Assembly (NCBI GenBank): GCA_964016885.1
Contig: OZ024743.1
Span: forward strand, 68,882,001-68,946,000
DNA: 64,000 bases
Origin: Eledone cirrhosa
Lineage: Eukaryota
Reading direction: 5' to 3'
A program made the position numbers and the translations under genes. Under the pieces are notes generated by a model that saw only the letters and a program-made list of their open reading frames with translations, ran no database searches and had not been told where the DNA came from. Shown here piece by piece: positions 13,370 to 27,005 of the stretch (the stretch's first letter is position 1; every line of letters begins with the position of its first letter).

Positions 13370-13578
13370 AACAAAGGAATTGTGGTAAGGAACCAGATGG
13401 ACCATAACGCACCAAAAGTACTCAATACTTAGTGTAGTAGAGTGGGAAATAGGAAACAGTATGACCCCGAAGACAGAGCTCAAGCCGTTTCGACGGCTAT
13501 TTCAGAAATAGCCGACGGCTAGTCCCAGAAATAGCCGTCGAAACGGCTTGAGCTCTGCCGTCGGGGTCATACTTTTTC
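13370..13578. mobile_element. (TA)n-flanked fold-back element (family also at 25905-26092 and 53512-53640)
   Basis: GAGCTCAAGCCGTTTCGACGGCTATTTC...GAAATAGCCGTCGAAACGGCTTGAGCTC palindrome at the end of a shared ~130-bp body. Confidence 0.7.
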
Positions 13579-13611
13579 ATATATATATCTATATATATAT
13601 ATATATATATA

Positions 13612-13664
<53 letters not shown>

Positions 13665-13688
13665 ACGTATATATGTATATATATATAT

Positions 13689-14702
13689 AGGTGTTACCTC
13701 CCTTGCTGAATCCCACGAGGGGTCAGTAATAGCTACACTATCTATAGCATATTGGAGCAAAACCCGTTGAAAACACGACTGCCTTGTTCATCATCTCACC
13801 AGAAGCCCAACATTCTTTATGTAGGCGGACAGTACCTGATTTGGAGTCGCAGAAACCAATACTGGATTTTACCATCAGTCCAGGGTCCGGGAAAGTATCA
13901 ACACATATATTTTTATTGTTTGACCCGAATTACTTGGTCGTTTTGATTTTGGCTGTGCGGATGATATGTTTAACCATCATCTCAGTGTGTTTGGCCCTTA
14001 ACGTATGTTGTAGCTCTGATTCATATGATTCATCGAGCGCTTGCCACACATATCGGACGTTGATTTTCGTTAATTCCTGAGCTGAAAACGATTCTCGCTA
14101 ATTTATATTTGTATTAATCTCCAGAGTCTAGCTATTGAGCAGTTAATTTTATTGATTTTTTTCAGTTACATATATTGACTGTTGAATGGCTCTGTTATAT
14201 TTAACCATTCTGTTGAGAGCTTTAATTCGATTTGTGATATTTTGCATTCTCGCAATAATACACAACTGAATCATTCGCTTAATAGAGGTGTTACCTCCCT
14301 TGCTGAATCCCATGAGGGGTCAGTAATAGCTACACTATCTATAGCATATTGGAGCAAAACCCGTTGAAAACACGACTGCCTTGTTCATCATCTCACCAGA
14401 AGCCCAGCATTATTTATGTAGGCGGACAGTACCTGATTTGGAGTCGCAGAAACCAATACTGGATTTTACCATCAGTCCAGGGTCCGGGAAAGTATCAACA
14501 CATATATTTTTATTGTTTGACCCGAATTACTTGGTCGTTTTAATTTTGGCTGTGCGAATGATATGTTTAACCATCATCTCAGTGTGTTTGGCCCTTAACG
14601 TATGTTGTAGCTCTGATTCATATGATTCATCGAGCGCTTGCCACACATATCGGACGTTGATTTTCGTTAATTCCTGAGCTGAAAACGATTCTCGCTAATT
14701 TA

Positions 14703-14705
<3 letters not shown>
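13689..14705. repeat. 597-bp near-identical partial tandem duplication (1.7 units) between (TA)n tracts
   Basis: AGGTGTTACCTCCCTTGCTGAATCCC at 13689 and 14286. Confidence 0.92.
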
Positions 14706-14767
<62 letters not shown>

Positions 14768-14860
14768 CAGTTAAAATAGAAAACAAAAAACAAAAACAAA
14801 GCGAAGAGTGCAGTACAAAATGTTAGTATTAGGTTCACGGTTGAGAGTGGGGGGGGGGGG

Positions 14861-14890
14861 CGTTTCGGGTATAAGCCGTTCATCAGGATA
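14861..14890 (-). ncRNA. Degenerate hammerhead core
   Basis: Reverse complement TATC-CTGATGA-ACGGCTTATACCC-GAAA-CG. The 3' strand of helix I is lost in a G-run. Confidence 0.4.
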
Positions 14891-15135
14891 AAAGTGGGCA
14901 GGAAAAGAGTTCCGAGGGGGTGAGGGAAGTGGTGCAAAGACATTAAAAGAGGAAGAGAACATATATATATATAGATAAATAGTTATGTAGATGGATCGTG
15001 TAGGCAGCGTAATGATTGAATGTGAGAGGATGAGAGAAGAAAGACGGAATGAACGAAAAGAAACGGTCGAAAATAAAAATAAAATGTATAATGGAGAGAT
15101 CTGAAGACTTTAAGAGGGGAAAAAAGTAGTTTCAT

Positions 15136-15375
<240 letters not shown>

Positions 15376-15711
15376 CAGAGAGAAATAGACAGAGCGAGAG
15401 AGAGGGGCGGGGATGAAATGGAAGATAGAGAGAGAGAGAGAGAGAGAGGGGAGTTATCAATTCAAACAGACACAGAGATACATTGAAAGATAGAAGACGT
15501 AATGATGAGGAACATGTAAGGATTAGAACAGAAGATGCAAGGGTGTAAACATTTTGAGAAAACTAGGGTCAAGGATTCAGAAGTCAACATTCTACTTTCA
15601 TCCTCAGTACGCTGTCTTTACCTTCTCTTTACTGTAATAACAAATAATCTATCGATAGTTATTGAAAAAGAATCATGAAAATAGTTCGTTAAAAGACTCA
15701 GCTAGCAACAA

Positions 15712-16240
15712 TAGTTGTGGTTGGGGTGTTGTTGGTGTTGATGGTAGAAGTTGTTGGTGGTGTTGTTGTTGTTGGTGTTGTTGCTGTTGTTGGTGGTGAT
15801 GGTGGTGTTGGTGGTTGTGGTGGTGGTGGTGTTGGTGTTGGTGTTGGTGTTGGTGTTGTTGGTGTTGATGGTGGAAGTTGTTGGTGGTGTTGTTGTTGTT
15901 GGTGTTGTTGCTGTTGTTGGTGGTGATGGTGGTGTTGGTGGTTGTGGTGGTGGTGGTGTTGGTGTTGGTGGTGTTGTTGTTGTTGATGTTGTTGCTGTTG
16001 TTGGTGGTGATGGTGGTGGTGGTCTTGGTGGTTGTGGTGGTGGTGGTGTTGGTGTTGTTGGTGTTGCTGGTGTTGTTGTTAGTGTTGGTGTTGTTTTTGG
16101 TGTTGTTGGTGGTGTTGTTGGTGTTGTAGGTGATGTTGGTGTTGTTGTTAGTGTTGGTGTTGTAAGATAATTCTTGATGTTATATAGTTGTTGATTGTTG
16201 TTGTTGTTATTGGTAAAGTGTTGCTGCTGCAGGTGTTGTA
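15712..16240. repeat. (GTT/GGT)n low-complexity tract
   Basis: Direct reading. Confidence 0.95.
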
Positions 16241-16355
16241 GGCAATGTGACCGGCATTTATATATCTATATATACATATATATATAATACATATATATAC
16301 ACATGCATATATATATACATATATTTATTTATATATATACATATATGATATATAA

Positions 16356-16397
<42 letters not shown>

Positions 16398-16425
16398 ACA
16401 TATATTTGTATATATACATACATAT

Positions 16426-16483
<58 letters not shown>

Positions 16484-16549
16484 CACGCAAACATATTTAT
16501 ATATATATATATATATATAATATCGTTATATATACATATATATATATAT

Positions 16550-16605
<56 letters not shown>

Positions 16606-17043
16606 GTGTGTGTGTGCGTGTTTGTGTGTGTGTATGTGTGTGTGTATATGCCTGTCTCTTTGTGCGTGTCTGTCTGTGTGTGTATGTTTATATATATTTA
16701 CCACTATATGTGTATGTGTGCATACGATGTTAAACATACCTCGATTGGTGCACTGTCGAATGTAAACTAAATAGAAGGCCGGGTTCATGTAGTATTTCTT
16801 TTCCTTTCATGTTCTCGCGGGGAATTATTTCAATAAAGCTTTACTACTAAATAATGTTTCACATTTTCTATCATGTAAAACAGATAGAGACACATAAATG
16901 CACAGGAGCACATACTAGTACACATGTACATAAAGAAACACGCATATATATTCATATATATGTATATATGTCTATATATATATATATGGATGGATATTTA
17001 TATTCATATATGGGTATATATCTATATTCTCTCTATATGTGTA

Positions 17044-17112
<69 letters not shown>

Positions 17113-17574
17113 GTCTGGTGTTACAAGGCCAGAACAATGCAGGTTTGGAGATACAATATAAATATAAATGTTAGAGATAACGCTGACAATTAGTTTTGTT
17201 ACCTTAATTTATTCATTTTGTTACCTTAATTTATGCTGATATTTCTAGATATTGTCTCTTCGTCTGAGGAAATTAAAGGGGTTAATCCAGTGTTCGAAGT
17301 GGGTTGCTAAGTCGAGTAAAGTAGCAATTCCTTCATATATATATATTTATATATTTATTAAAATAACAGATTAAAGTTTAAGCAAAGTTTCGCTTAAACT
17401 TTAATCTGTTATTTTAATAAATATTTGCTCTATGGTTCTTATATATTTGATATATATTTATCCTTATCAAGCCCTCTTTGGATTTTAGTCTTCAAATTTA
17501 GTATTATTACTATATATATATATATATGTTTATAGACACATATACATTGGCGTATGTATGTATATATATTTGAA

Positions 17575-18231
17575 AAAAATGACGTGCTGTGTGGTTGCAT
17601 ATGAGTTACATATGAATAACATTATTCCCTCATCAGTGATCTTCCAGCCTTCATTGGTATTTCATCGCTTTAAAGACCTTATACCTCTGGTTGGTGAGAG
17701 CAACGGCTAAAGAGAGTCGTTGGGACACGTAAATAGGTGGAACGAGCGAGACAGTAACAAACAAAGATGGTAATGCAACGAAAAGTGAGGAAGAAGGAGT
17801 CAAGTCCCTGAAATCGATGAACATAAGTTCTGTGAAATCGTAGACGAGAGAATAAAGACCATCCAACCTGGTCGAAATGTGAGCGAGGAAAGAATTTCGC
17901 ACAGGTCAAACGGAAAGAAGTGATGGAGAGGGAGTAGCAGAGAGTGAGTGAATGAAAGTGTGAGGAGGATGCTAACAGAGAGAGTGACTGGCAGAGTGGA
18001 AAAAAGAAAGTGAGAGATACAGAGAAAGGGGAAGCAGTAAGAATGAAACAGACGGGTCACAGCGGAGCAAAATATATAAATGTTGAAAAAATGGCGTGCT
18101 GCGTGGTTGCAAATGGGTTACATATGAATAAAATTCGTCCCTCATCAATGCTCTTCCAGCCTTCATTGGTATTTCATCGCTTTAAAGACCACATACCTCT
18201 GGTTGGTGCGAGCAACGGCTAAAGAAAGTCG

Positions 18232-18232
<1 letters not shown>
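17575..18232. mobile_element. Partial tandem (~510-bp unit) of the 12828 family, flanked by TA
   Basis: 17575-17720 is repeated at 18085-18232. Confidence 0.75.
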
Positions 18233-18270
<38 letters not shown>

Positions 18271-18273
18271 TAC

Positions 18274-18306
<33 letters not shown>

Positions 18307-18323
18307 CTTATATATATATATAC

Positions 18324-18477
<154 letters not shown>

Positions 18478-19211
18478 GCAGGCGTCTCTTTATACCTGCA
18501 TATCGGCACGCTCGTACGCAGGTGCATGTATATATATATATGTATATATATGTATATATATATGCATTTATGTATGTATATGCGTAGGTATATGTATGCG
18601 TGTGTATGTGTATATATGTGTATGTGTGTGTTTGCATATATAATGTGTGTGTGTGTGTGTGTGTGTGTCTGTGTATATGGGTGTGGAGATCCATGATGTG
18701 TGTGTGTACATATATGATTCGGCGGGCACCTCTGGCTGTGTGTATGTATGGATATATATATGTCTGTGCTCGGCTGTACGTCTATGCCGGCTTGTCTATG
18801 TTGTTGAATTTCTATATCTTACAATTATTTCTTCCTATCAATATTATCCACAACCAGACAATTCCTTTCTATTAATTCTTTGATAAATCGTGAACTGTCT
18901 TTACTGACACTAAGAACTAGCACCTGGTCGTCCAAGCATGACGAACCCCATAAACCCCTTGCTTCCTGTGCACACCAAAGCAAGTTTTTGACTGACCAAT
19001 ATACATTCCAAAACGCACACACACACAAATCCTTAATTGCACGCGCACTCATGTAAATACCTGCAAGAATATCGGTGAATACACAACCGCATTGCTGCCC
19101 CACATATTATACCGAAATACACACATGCGCCCACACACAAAAAAGGGCCGTGCCTATATATATATCTAATCGGCCCACATACCACAACATAAATATATCT
19201 TTTGTCGCATC

Positions 19212-19303
19212 ACCTGTCTGAGGAGCAGATCGATACTGGAGTCGGGGCAATAACTATTATGGGTCACCTTGAGACAATCTTCTGCGAGATGTTCGTAACA
19301 GGT
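19212..19303 (+). ncRNA. Hammerhead ribozyme with extended helix II (GAAA mutated to GAGA)
   Basis: ACCTGT-CTGAGGA-GCAGA...TCTGC-GAGA-TGTTCG-TA-ACAGGT, with perfect 6-bp helix I and 5-bp helix II. Confidence 0.65.
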
Positions 19304-19373
19304 CGATACGCAATAAATATTTTTCGTATCTAAAAGAAACTTTTTTCGCTTTTTCTATTATATATATATATAT

Positions 19374-19924
19374 ATTAGGATTGGTGCACTTAAATAGCGA
19401 TGTATACATGAATGTATGCATAGTATATTTGGCAATATACCGTATGTTTAATTAAAAACATTTAGAAGACCATACGCTATCGGTTTTAAAGTAGTGACTA
19501 TGTCACTTACTTATTTTCGGCGAAAGAAGGGAGAGAAGCCAACAGTCAGTTTCACGCTGGTTGGCGATCATTAGAGCCAAGTACCCATGCTTCCGCCGAA
19601 ATATAGAGAAGCTAGATTCTTATAGAATTCCAGTATTAATCAGGAGCTGATTATACAGAGCGATTGCCAGTCCAGCAAAAATTAGGTATTAGGATTGGTG
19701 CTCTGGAATAGCGATGTATACATTAAAGTGTATATAGTATTTTTGGCAATATACCGTATGTTTAAATAAAAACATTTAGAAGACGTTACGCAATCGGTTT
19801 TAAAGTAGTGACTATGTCACTTACTTCTTTCCGGCGAATGAAGTAAGTAACATAGTCACTGCTTTAAAACCGATAGTCTTCTAAATGTTTTTAATTAAAC
19901 ATACGTTATATTGCCAAATATTAT

Positions 19925-19930
<6 letters not shown>
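19374..19930. mobile_element. Diverged relative of the 310-bp HHR monomer (~314 bp): 1.5 tandem units plus an inverted tail
   Basis: ATTAGGATTGGTGC at 19374 and 19688, inverted from ~19835. Degenerate HHR on the minus strand at ~19537-19578 (CTAATGA..GAAAC). Confidence 0.75.
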
Positions 19931-19988
<58 letters not shown>

Positions 19989-20087
19989 AAGCTGGCCCGT
20001 CCGGCTGGCGTTCGGTTCGGTATACCTGCCCCCACCACTCCACTGCAAAGATACCACACACCCTCCCGGGTCACATTGTCCTTCCGA

Positions 20088-20157
<70 letters not shown>

Positions 20158-20207
20158 AACTAACACATTAATTATATCTTTCTCTGTCATATCTCTCTGT
20201 TTCTCTC

Positions 20208-20252
<45 letters not shown>

Positions 20253-20360
20253 TATATATTGAAGGGAGATAAGGAAACTAAAACTGTGTTGTCATACATA
20301 TAGAGAGTGAAGAGCGACAGAGAGAGTAAAGCAGTTAAATTAAAGAGAGGGGGAATGGTC

Positions 20361-20391
<31 letters not shown>

Positions 20392-20404
20392 CATACATAC
20401 ATAC

Positions 20405-21015
20405 ATGGTGGCTGCCAACTCGTTTTCGAGTACGGCCACTACTTTATAGCCATGTAGGAGAACCCCTACCGATGCACTGAACGAGTGTGACTTTTTAGTC
20501 CAGCCAGCGACTTGAAAACTCTGGTACAAACACTACACTTGTGACAATTATTGACACATATTGCTGCCTTCATGGTACCATGTGACGACAAGTGCAGAGA
20601 GATCTCCAGATATTAAGCAATGCCTATATGCCGTGAAGCTTTTATAGTGAGTAAAGGCACTGCACAAAGCCAGTCCCACTCTCTTAACCAAGATGATATT
20701 TACCAAAAAGAAGAACAAGTCAACATCATTGGATACCATCAGGGTTGCAGGTGTTATATCAGAGTTTTCCTTCTCCTAGAATTCTGCCTTGACAAAGGCT
20801 AAGGGGTCATCTCTCCCGGTGATTTTGGATGGCCATTGACTCTTAAAAGCCTATTTGCCCTTTGACAGGTTTTGTTTTTAGTCCTGCAGGATGTCCAAAG
20901 TCACCCTCTTCACCAAGAAACCTTGGTGGGGTTGCCAGTTTAGTCGCCAACGACCCGACCATGAGAGAGGTTGTACTGGGATACATGTTACCAGTAGCAC
21001 CAACTGGTGACCTGA
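20405..21015 (-). mobile_element. Full-length copy of the bipartite RTE-derived element inserted in (CATA)n
   Basis: Reverse complement of 11557-12135 with ~30 extra 5' nt (GGTCACCAGTTGGTGCTACTGG). Confidence 0.75.
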
Positions 21016-21033
21016 CATACATACATACATACA

Positions 21034-21064
<31 letters not shown>

Positions 21065-21278
21065 GAAGTATAGATATGGGTGTGTTTGTGTATGTGTGTT
21101 TGTGTATGTGTGTATGTGGATGTGTGTGTCTGTGTTATGTTTTGATGTTATCCGGCAATTGGCGAAATCATGTGTGAAAGTATGTGTATTTGTGTGGGTG
21201 TGGGTGTGTGATGTGTATGTTTGTGCGTGTGTATGTGTGTGCGTGTGTGTGTGTGTGTGTGTGCGTGCGTGTGTGTGT

Positions 21279-21339
<61 letters not shown>

Positions 21340-21539
21340 TGTGTGTGCGTGTGTGTGTGTGTGTGTAGTTTCCCTCATTTGTATCTTTCACTCTCTGTCT
21401 CTCTAAGAAGGTTGCCTTTTGATGTATGTATTACCTGCTTGTGTGTTGACCGAATTTGAAGGAGGTTATCCTTTTGAAATAAACATACATACGACACTCA
21501 TCTCTATGTTGATATATGATATAAATAATGGGATTAATG

Positions 21540-21845
21540 AGTTAATATCTGTATACAACTACTACAATTGTACGCGATGGGGCCCACCCAAAGCCCCGGC
21601 GAACAGAATGGAGAAGGCGTTTCCTCGGAGGACGCCAAGGGAGACGCGCTGGAAAAGCTACTCCAACTCGCGGGGCTCACACCTGTGGTTGGCCAGCTCA
21701 GCGCCTATGGTGGTGAGTAAGGAGGTAGCCCTGGGGCGAGGACACCAGAAGTCTCCACTGCCAGGGGTACGACCGAAAACCTGTCGGAGAGCGACCGATA
21801 TTTGAGGAGTTTGGCGTCCCAGCCCGACGTGCAGCAGAACCTGGG
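21540..21845 (-). pseudogene. CRE-clade non-LTR retrotransposon 3' fragment (restriction-like endonuclease tail)
   Basis: ATSLLTTIGAELANHRCEPRELE, homologous to 43245-43646. Related remnants at 23590-23740(-), 27660-27920(+) and 46290-46530(+). Confidence 0.7.
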
Positions 21846-22134
21846 TATATATTGATATATTGAAGGTAGATACGGAAATTAAAAGTGTGTTGTCATATAG
21901 AGAGTGAAGAGAGACAGAGAATAAAGCAGTTAAATAATAGAGAGGGTGAAAGCGGGAGAGAGAGAGAGAGAGAGAGACGACGATCAGCTCTATAATATTT
22001 GAGAGAGAAAGGCGACCGAGAGAGTAAAGCATTTAAATTATAGAGAGAGGGAAGAGTGACGGAGAGAGTAAAGCTAAGAATCTCTAAGGAGGTATGTAGG
22101 ATACATACATACATAACATATACACACGACAGTC

Positions 22135-22202
<68 letters not shown>

Positions 22203-23016
22203 CTTTTTCCCCTGAATAAAGGAATTTTTTGAGAATGACCGGGGCAGGCCGCACTTGCTACATTTCTCCCCACCCAACCCTACTCACCGTCTCAACTCAT
22301 TACTGCTATTAACACTTTTTCAACACACCTACACCCATGCACTTATTAAAGGGGGAGAAAAGAAACCCCCACCACACCACAGACATGTTAAATCCCTATA
22401 TATAGAACAACACACCACATACACATCAGTTTGACAAGCGCACCTCAGCGTGAAAGGTCTTTCTAAAAACGAAACAATACCTCCTACGTTAACCAAGAAC
22501 TCCTAAGACCTAACCAACAACCAACAACTTAATTTATAAAATAATTTTTTTTAAGAAAAAATTTTTTTAGAATCCGGAAAAAAATTATTTCTGGATTTTG
22601 TGAAGAAAATAAATTTGTTGAAAGCACAAGTGAAGCCATTTTTTCTTCCCCCCTGTCTTAATATATATATATATTTATTGGTATAATTTGGGAGGGTCAT
22701 GCTGCCAATAAAAACACACGCACCTGGTGATTTTCACTTCATTTTATTATATATTTCCTGATGGTTGGTTGGTTGGTTCGATAACAGGATGGCTATTTAT
22801 ATATTGTCAAATCTCTTCGTCACACATTCTGTGACAACCACAATGACTAGGTTTTTACTTTCTGTCTCTCTTTTGTTCTGTCCTACACCATCTTGTTTTT
22901 GTGTGTTGTATTAACACACACAATGTACAATATCCATCCTTCTCGTTGGTTATTGATTCTGTATAGTGAGCACACTTCAAGTCAAACATACGAGAAGAAA
23001 CGTAAAATTTAGTCAT

Positions 23017-23080
<64 letters not shown>

Positions 23081-23087
23081 CTCTCTC

Positions 23088-23118
<31 letters not shown>

Positions 23119-23759
23119 ACCTCTATCTCTCTCTCTCTCTTTCTATCTATCTATATATCTATATATCTCTATCTTTCTTTCTTTGTTTCTTTGTTTGTTT
23201 GTTTGTTTGTTTCTTTCTTTCTTTCATACTCAATCGATCACACACACACATCTGTATAGTGCTCATCTTTCGAGACAGAGAGACGAGGAGAGGTGTGAAA
23301 TAAAAGTTAGAGACATGGATATGTTTCTCCATCTCATACACACATACACATACATACAGACATTTACTGTCACTTTTCCCCACTCCTATACAGGTTTTTG
23401 TTTTAGTTTATAACAAGGATACCTTTATGTAAGGGATAAAGACGTTAAGATCTGGCTGTACAGGAAAGTGGAGGAAAGGACTATAAAAGCCATAGATGAG
23501 AGGAAAAGGTGGAAATAACAAGGACTTTAGGGTCATATAAGAAATGGGGAAGAGGGGGTGATAGGGTATGGGTATACGGTGTGACTGTGTTCAGGCTGCA
23601 CCCCGTGGACAAGGCCGCAAGTGTATTTCCGCGGCCAATGGCCAGCGGCACCTTCTACAACAGACAACCCAGCTCACGGGGCTCCTTCCTCAGAAGGGCT
23701 TTGACGTTCCGATCTTGCGGGGGAGCTCAGTAGTACGGGGGCCGAGTAATATCAAGCGT

Positions 23760-24340
23760 ACAACTACGATAACATTTGACAGTAATAAGACAAAGATCAT
23801 CCCGCCGCCTTCATTTAAGAACGAAGGAGAGGTGGTCTTCCTCTGTCTGGTGGCTATGGAGAAAGAGATAATATGGTGGACTAGGTTAAAAGGCCTGAGG
23901 GCAAGCACCTTTCTCTCCGGACAACAACTCATCCCCTTCTGTAAGTACAACTTCAGAAGGAAGGTGAGAGTGGAGAGAGAGGTGCTACACCCCAGTAAAT
24001 TCGCTGAATGGTGGGTGAATGTGGCGAAAACGGCCCGGGTGAATGGGCCTTCTCTGTATATAAACCTGTAGGTTAAGGAAGATAAACAGAGGGAAGACGG
24101 GGACCCCTACAAAACGTGTTCCTGGTGTTGAGGGTTGTTCTATCCACGGGTGTAAAACAACCCCGCAGTAGCGTTACCCCCCCCCCCCCCCCACCTCTAA
24201 TGGGGATTTCAATTGTTTTATTTTTATATAGTGTATTGTTATTTATCATTGTTAAAGATTTTACGTAAAACCCTCGCCGTCACGTCTTGTAATGCCCCAT
24301 TTTGGTACGCCCCTGTGGCAATTAAAGAAAGATATCTATT
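23760..24340 (+). pseudogene. L1/Tx1-like LINE ORF2 C-terminus and 3'UTR
   Basis: VFLCLVAMEKEIIWWTRLKG...FRRKVRVEREVL..KFAEWW resembles the Tx1 ORF2 end, followed by a UTR ending AATTAAAGAAAGA. Confidence 0.5.
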
Positions 24341-24599
24341 TAATTACATATCTCTCTACATCTCCTGACAATGTACGTGTATCTATGATAGTGTGGCAGT
24401 GAATAATCCCTTCATTTGAAAATTCAAAAGTATGATGAGATATTGATTCCTGAGTCAGGCCCGATCATAGCCGATTGTACGTTGAGCTGATCGATGGTGA
24501 AAAACGGGTCACGGGTGAATAAAATATGTACAAGGAGCTAAATTGATAGCTTGTATATGCTTTATCATTATTATTTTTATAAACCATTATTATTATATA

Positions 24600-24998
24600 A
24601 GGGCGGTGAATTGGCAGTATCGGTAGAGGGTTGGACGCCATGTTTTCTAGCATAGTTACGTCCCTCTGTAGTCTAAGTTCAAATCCCGCTGAGGTTAACT
24701 TTGCCTTTCATCCTTACGAGGTCGATAAAATAAAGTACCAGTAATGTACTGGTCAATTGTTAGCCTTGTGCCTAAAGTAGAAACAATTATTATTATATAA
24801 GGGTGGTGTATTGGCAGTATCGGTAGAGGGTCGGACGCTCTGCTTTGCAGCATAGAGTTACATTCCTTTACGGACTGAGTTCAAATCCCGCCGTGGTTAA
24901 CTTTTCCTTTCATCCTTACGGGATCGATAAAAGGAAGTACCAGTAATGCACTGGTTAATTGCAGGCCTTGTGCCAAAAGTAGAAACAATTATTTTTAT
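24600..24998 (+). mobile_element. Two tandem tRNA-derived SINEs (octopus OK-like)
   Basis: GGCGGTGAATTGGCAG..GGTAG A-box, (A/G)AGTTCAAATCCCG B-box, core CTTTCATCCTTACG..TCGATAAAATAAAGTACCAG, (ATT)n tail. Other copies at 10650-10727(-), 26790-27005(-), 52345-52450(-) and 54996-55220(+). Confidence 0.85.
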
Positions 24999-25511
24999 AG
25001 TTGTATATGTGCAAAAAGAAAAAGGATAAACGAGAGAGTAAAACGATTCAATACAATGAAAATATATATTAGTTTAACGTTTGATATCGTTGGAAAATAG
25101 ACTGAAGGTTTCGGATGTGTTTCCGTCATCAGAAGAAATAAAAATAAAAATAAAAATAAATAAATAGAAAGATGGAGGAAAGTGAGAAGAGGAAGAAACA
25201 GAAAAAAATATATATATACTAGTTAAATATTAAGATTAAAATTATTTTTAAAAGACTTAGAATGTTGGTGAATACCGATATAATAGCATAACATAGATAT
25301 GCCGGCTACAGAAAGAACGAGTCTCATGATAATAAGACTGTGAGAATCTAGAAACACCAATTAAATTGTAGAATTCGTAAAATTTGCTTTACCAAACAAA
25401 CTGCCTGAACGTATGAGAAAATACTAGAATACATTATTAAAAAAAGTTGAAACTCAAAAATATTCGTGTCGATAACATGTATAAAAGAATGAATGTTCTT
25501 TATATATAGGA

Positions 25512-25623
<112 letters not shown>

Positions 25624-25674
25624 GTGATATATTATTATAGTAATTACTTATTCTCCGGTACTATTTTTACATAC

Positions 25675-25755
<81 letters not shown>

Positions 25756-25816
25756 TTTATGTATGTATGAATATATATATATACATATAATATATATATA
25801 TATATATGTGTGTCTG

Positions 25817-25904
<88 letters not shown>

Positions 25905-25905
<1 letters not shown>

Positions 25906-26092
25906 CAAAGGTTATGTGGTAAGGAACCAGATGGACCATAACGCACCCGAGTACTCAATACTTAGTGTAGTAGAGTGGGAAATAGGAAAAATAATGACCC
26001 CGACGGAAGAGCTCAAGCCGTTTCGACGGCTATTTCAGTCCAGAAATAGCCGTCGAAACGGCTTGAGCTCTGCCGTCGCGTTATACTTTTTC
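25905..26092. mobile_element. (TA)n-flanked fold-back element (13370 family)
   Basis: Palindrome centred on GACGGCTATTTC-agtcca-GAAATAGCCGTC. Confidence 0.7.
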
Positions 26093-26789
26093 TTATATAT
26101 ATATATATATATATATACATTCTTATATGCAGAAGAGAGCTGGTAAGTGAGGATGAGAGGGGAAGAGTCTTTAACCGCTAACAACAATTGTTAAACTCTA
26201 TCGGACTAAAATAGAAAAATATCATTGCAATCGTGTTGAAGCTTTAGAAAGCAACATTTCAATTTAACAATCTCCAAAATAGTATTTCCAAACAATAATA
26301 AATAGAAATTGAATATATTGAGATATAGTTATGTAAATCATTTTATTCTTTTATTCGTTTTGTCATAGACTGCTGACATATTGTGGCACCGCCTTGAAAG
26401 ATTTACAGATCATGTCCACACCTATACAAGAATTGTATATACTTCTGCGATAAGGAAAGTCTCCAATTTTTTTTCTTTTCTGTGTAGCGAGGTATTTTGG
26501 CTGCTTGGATTTTAATTTTCATTCGCTGTACTGAAATAATCGTTGTAATGAAATTCACTATAACGAGATTCTTTTATCATTGCTTTAGTAAGCTTGTGGT
26601 CATCGATGAAAAAAAAAAAATTGTTACACTGAAAAATTCGTTAAAATGGTATTCGTTATAACGGAATTTGTTTATGAGAAGAGGAGGGGTGATTAAACGA
26701 GCGTGGGGGTGGATCAGGATTGCATAGTGTACGTTTGTAAATATGGGATTTCTTGTAATGTTTACTTGTTGTCATATATAATGGTTTCT

Positions 26790-27005
26790 GGTGTAGGCAC
26801 AAGGCCAGCAATTTTGGGTGGAGGTGAAAGTCGATTAAGTCGACTCCAGAATATTACTGGTACTTTATTTTATCGATCCCCGTAAGGATAAAAGGCAAAG
26901 TTAACCTCAGTGGGATTTTAACTCAGATCATAAAGGGCCGTAACTCTATGCTGGAAAGCATGGTGTCCGATCCTCTACCGATACTGCCAATCCCCCACCC
27001 TTATA
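26790..27005 (-). mobile_element. tRNA-derived SINE
   Basis: Reverse complement of the 24600 family. Confidence 0.8.

Larger units (their letters stand above)
19988..22135 (-). mobile_element. Non-autonomous Helitron family H2 with nested insertions
   Basis: Homologous to 28079-29280 at both ends and internally (GTTATCCGGCAATTGGCGAAATCA). Interrupted by RTE-derived and CRE fragments. Confidence 0.6.

Noticed and set aside
22200-22660. Penelope RT remnant (HVKSLY resembling DVKSLY)
   Set aside because: Single short motif with no supporting open frame.
24600-24700. tRNA gene
   Set aside because: The A/B boxes belong to a multi-copy SINE head and no cloverleaf is recoverable.
25093-25136. Minus-strand CTGATGA-CGGA..TCC-GAAAC..GTC hammerhead candidate
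   Set aside because: Helix I strands do not pair. At best a decayed copy, so not counted.
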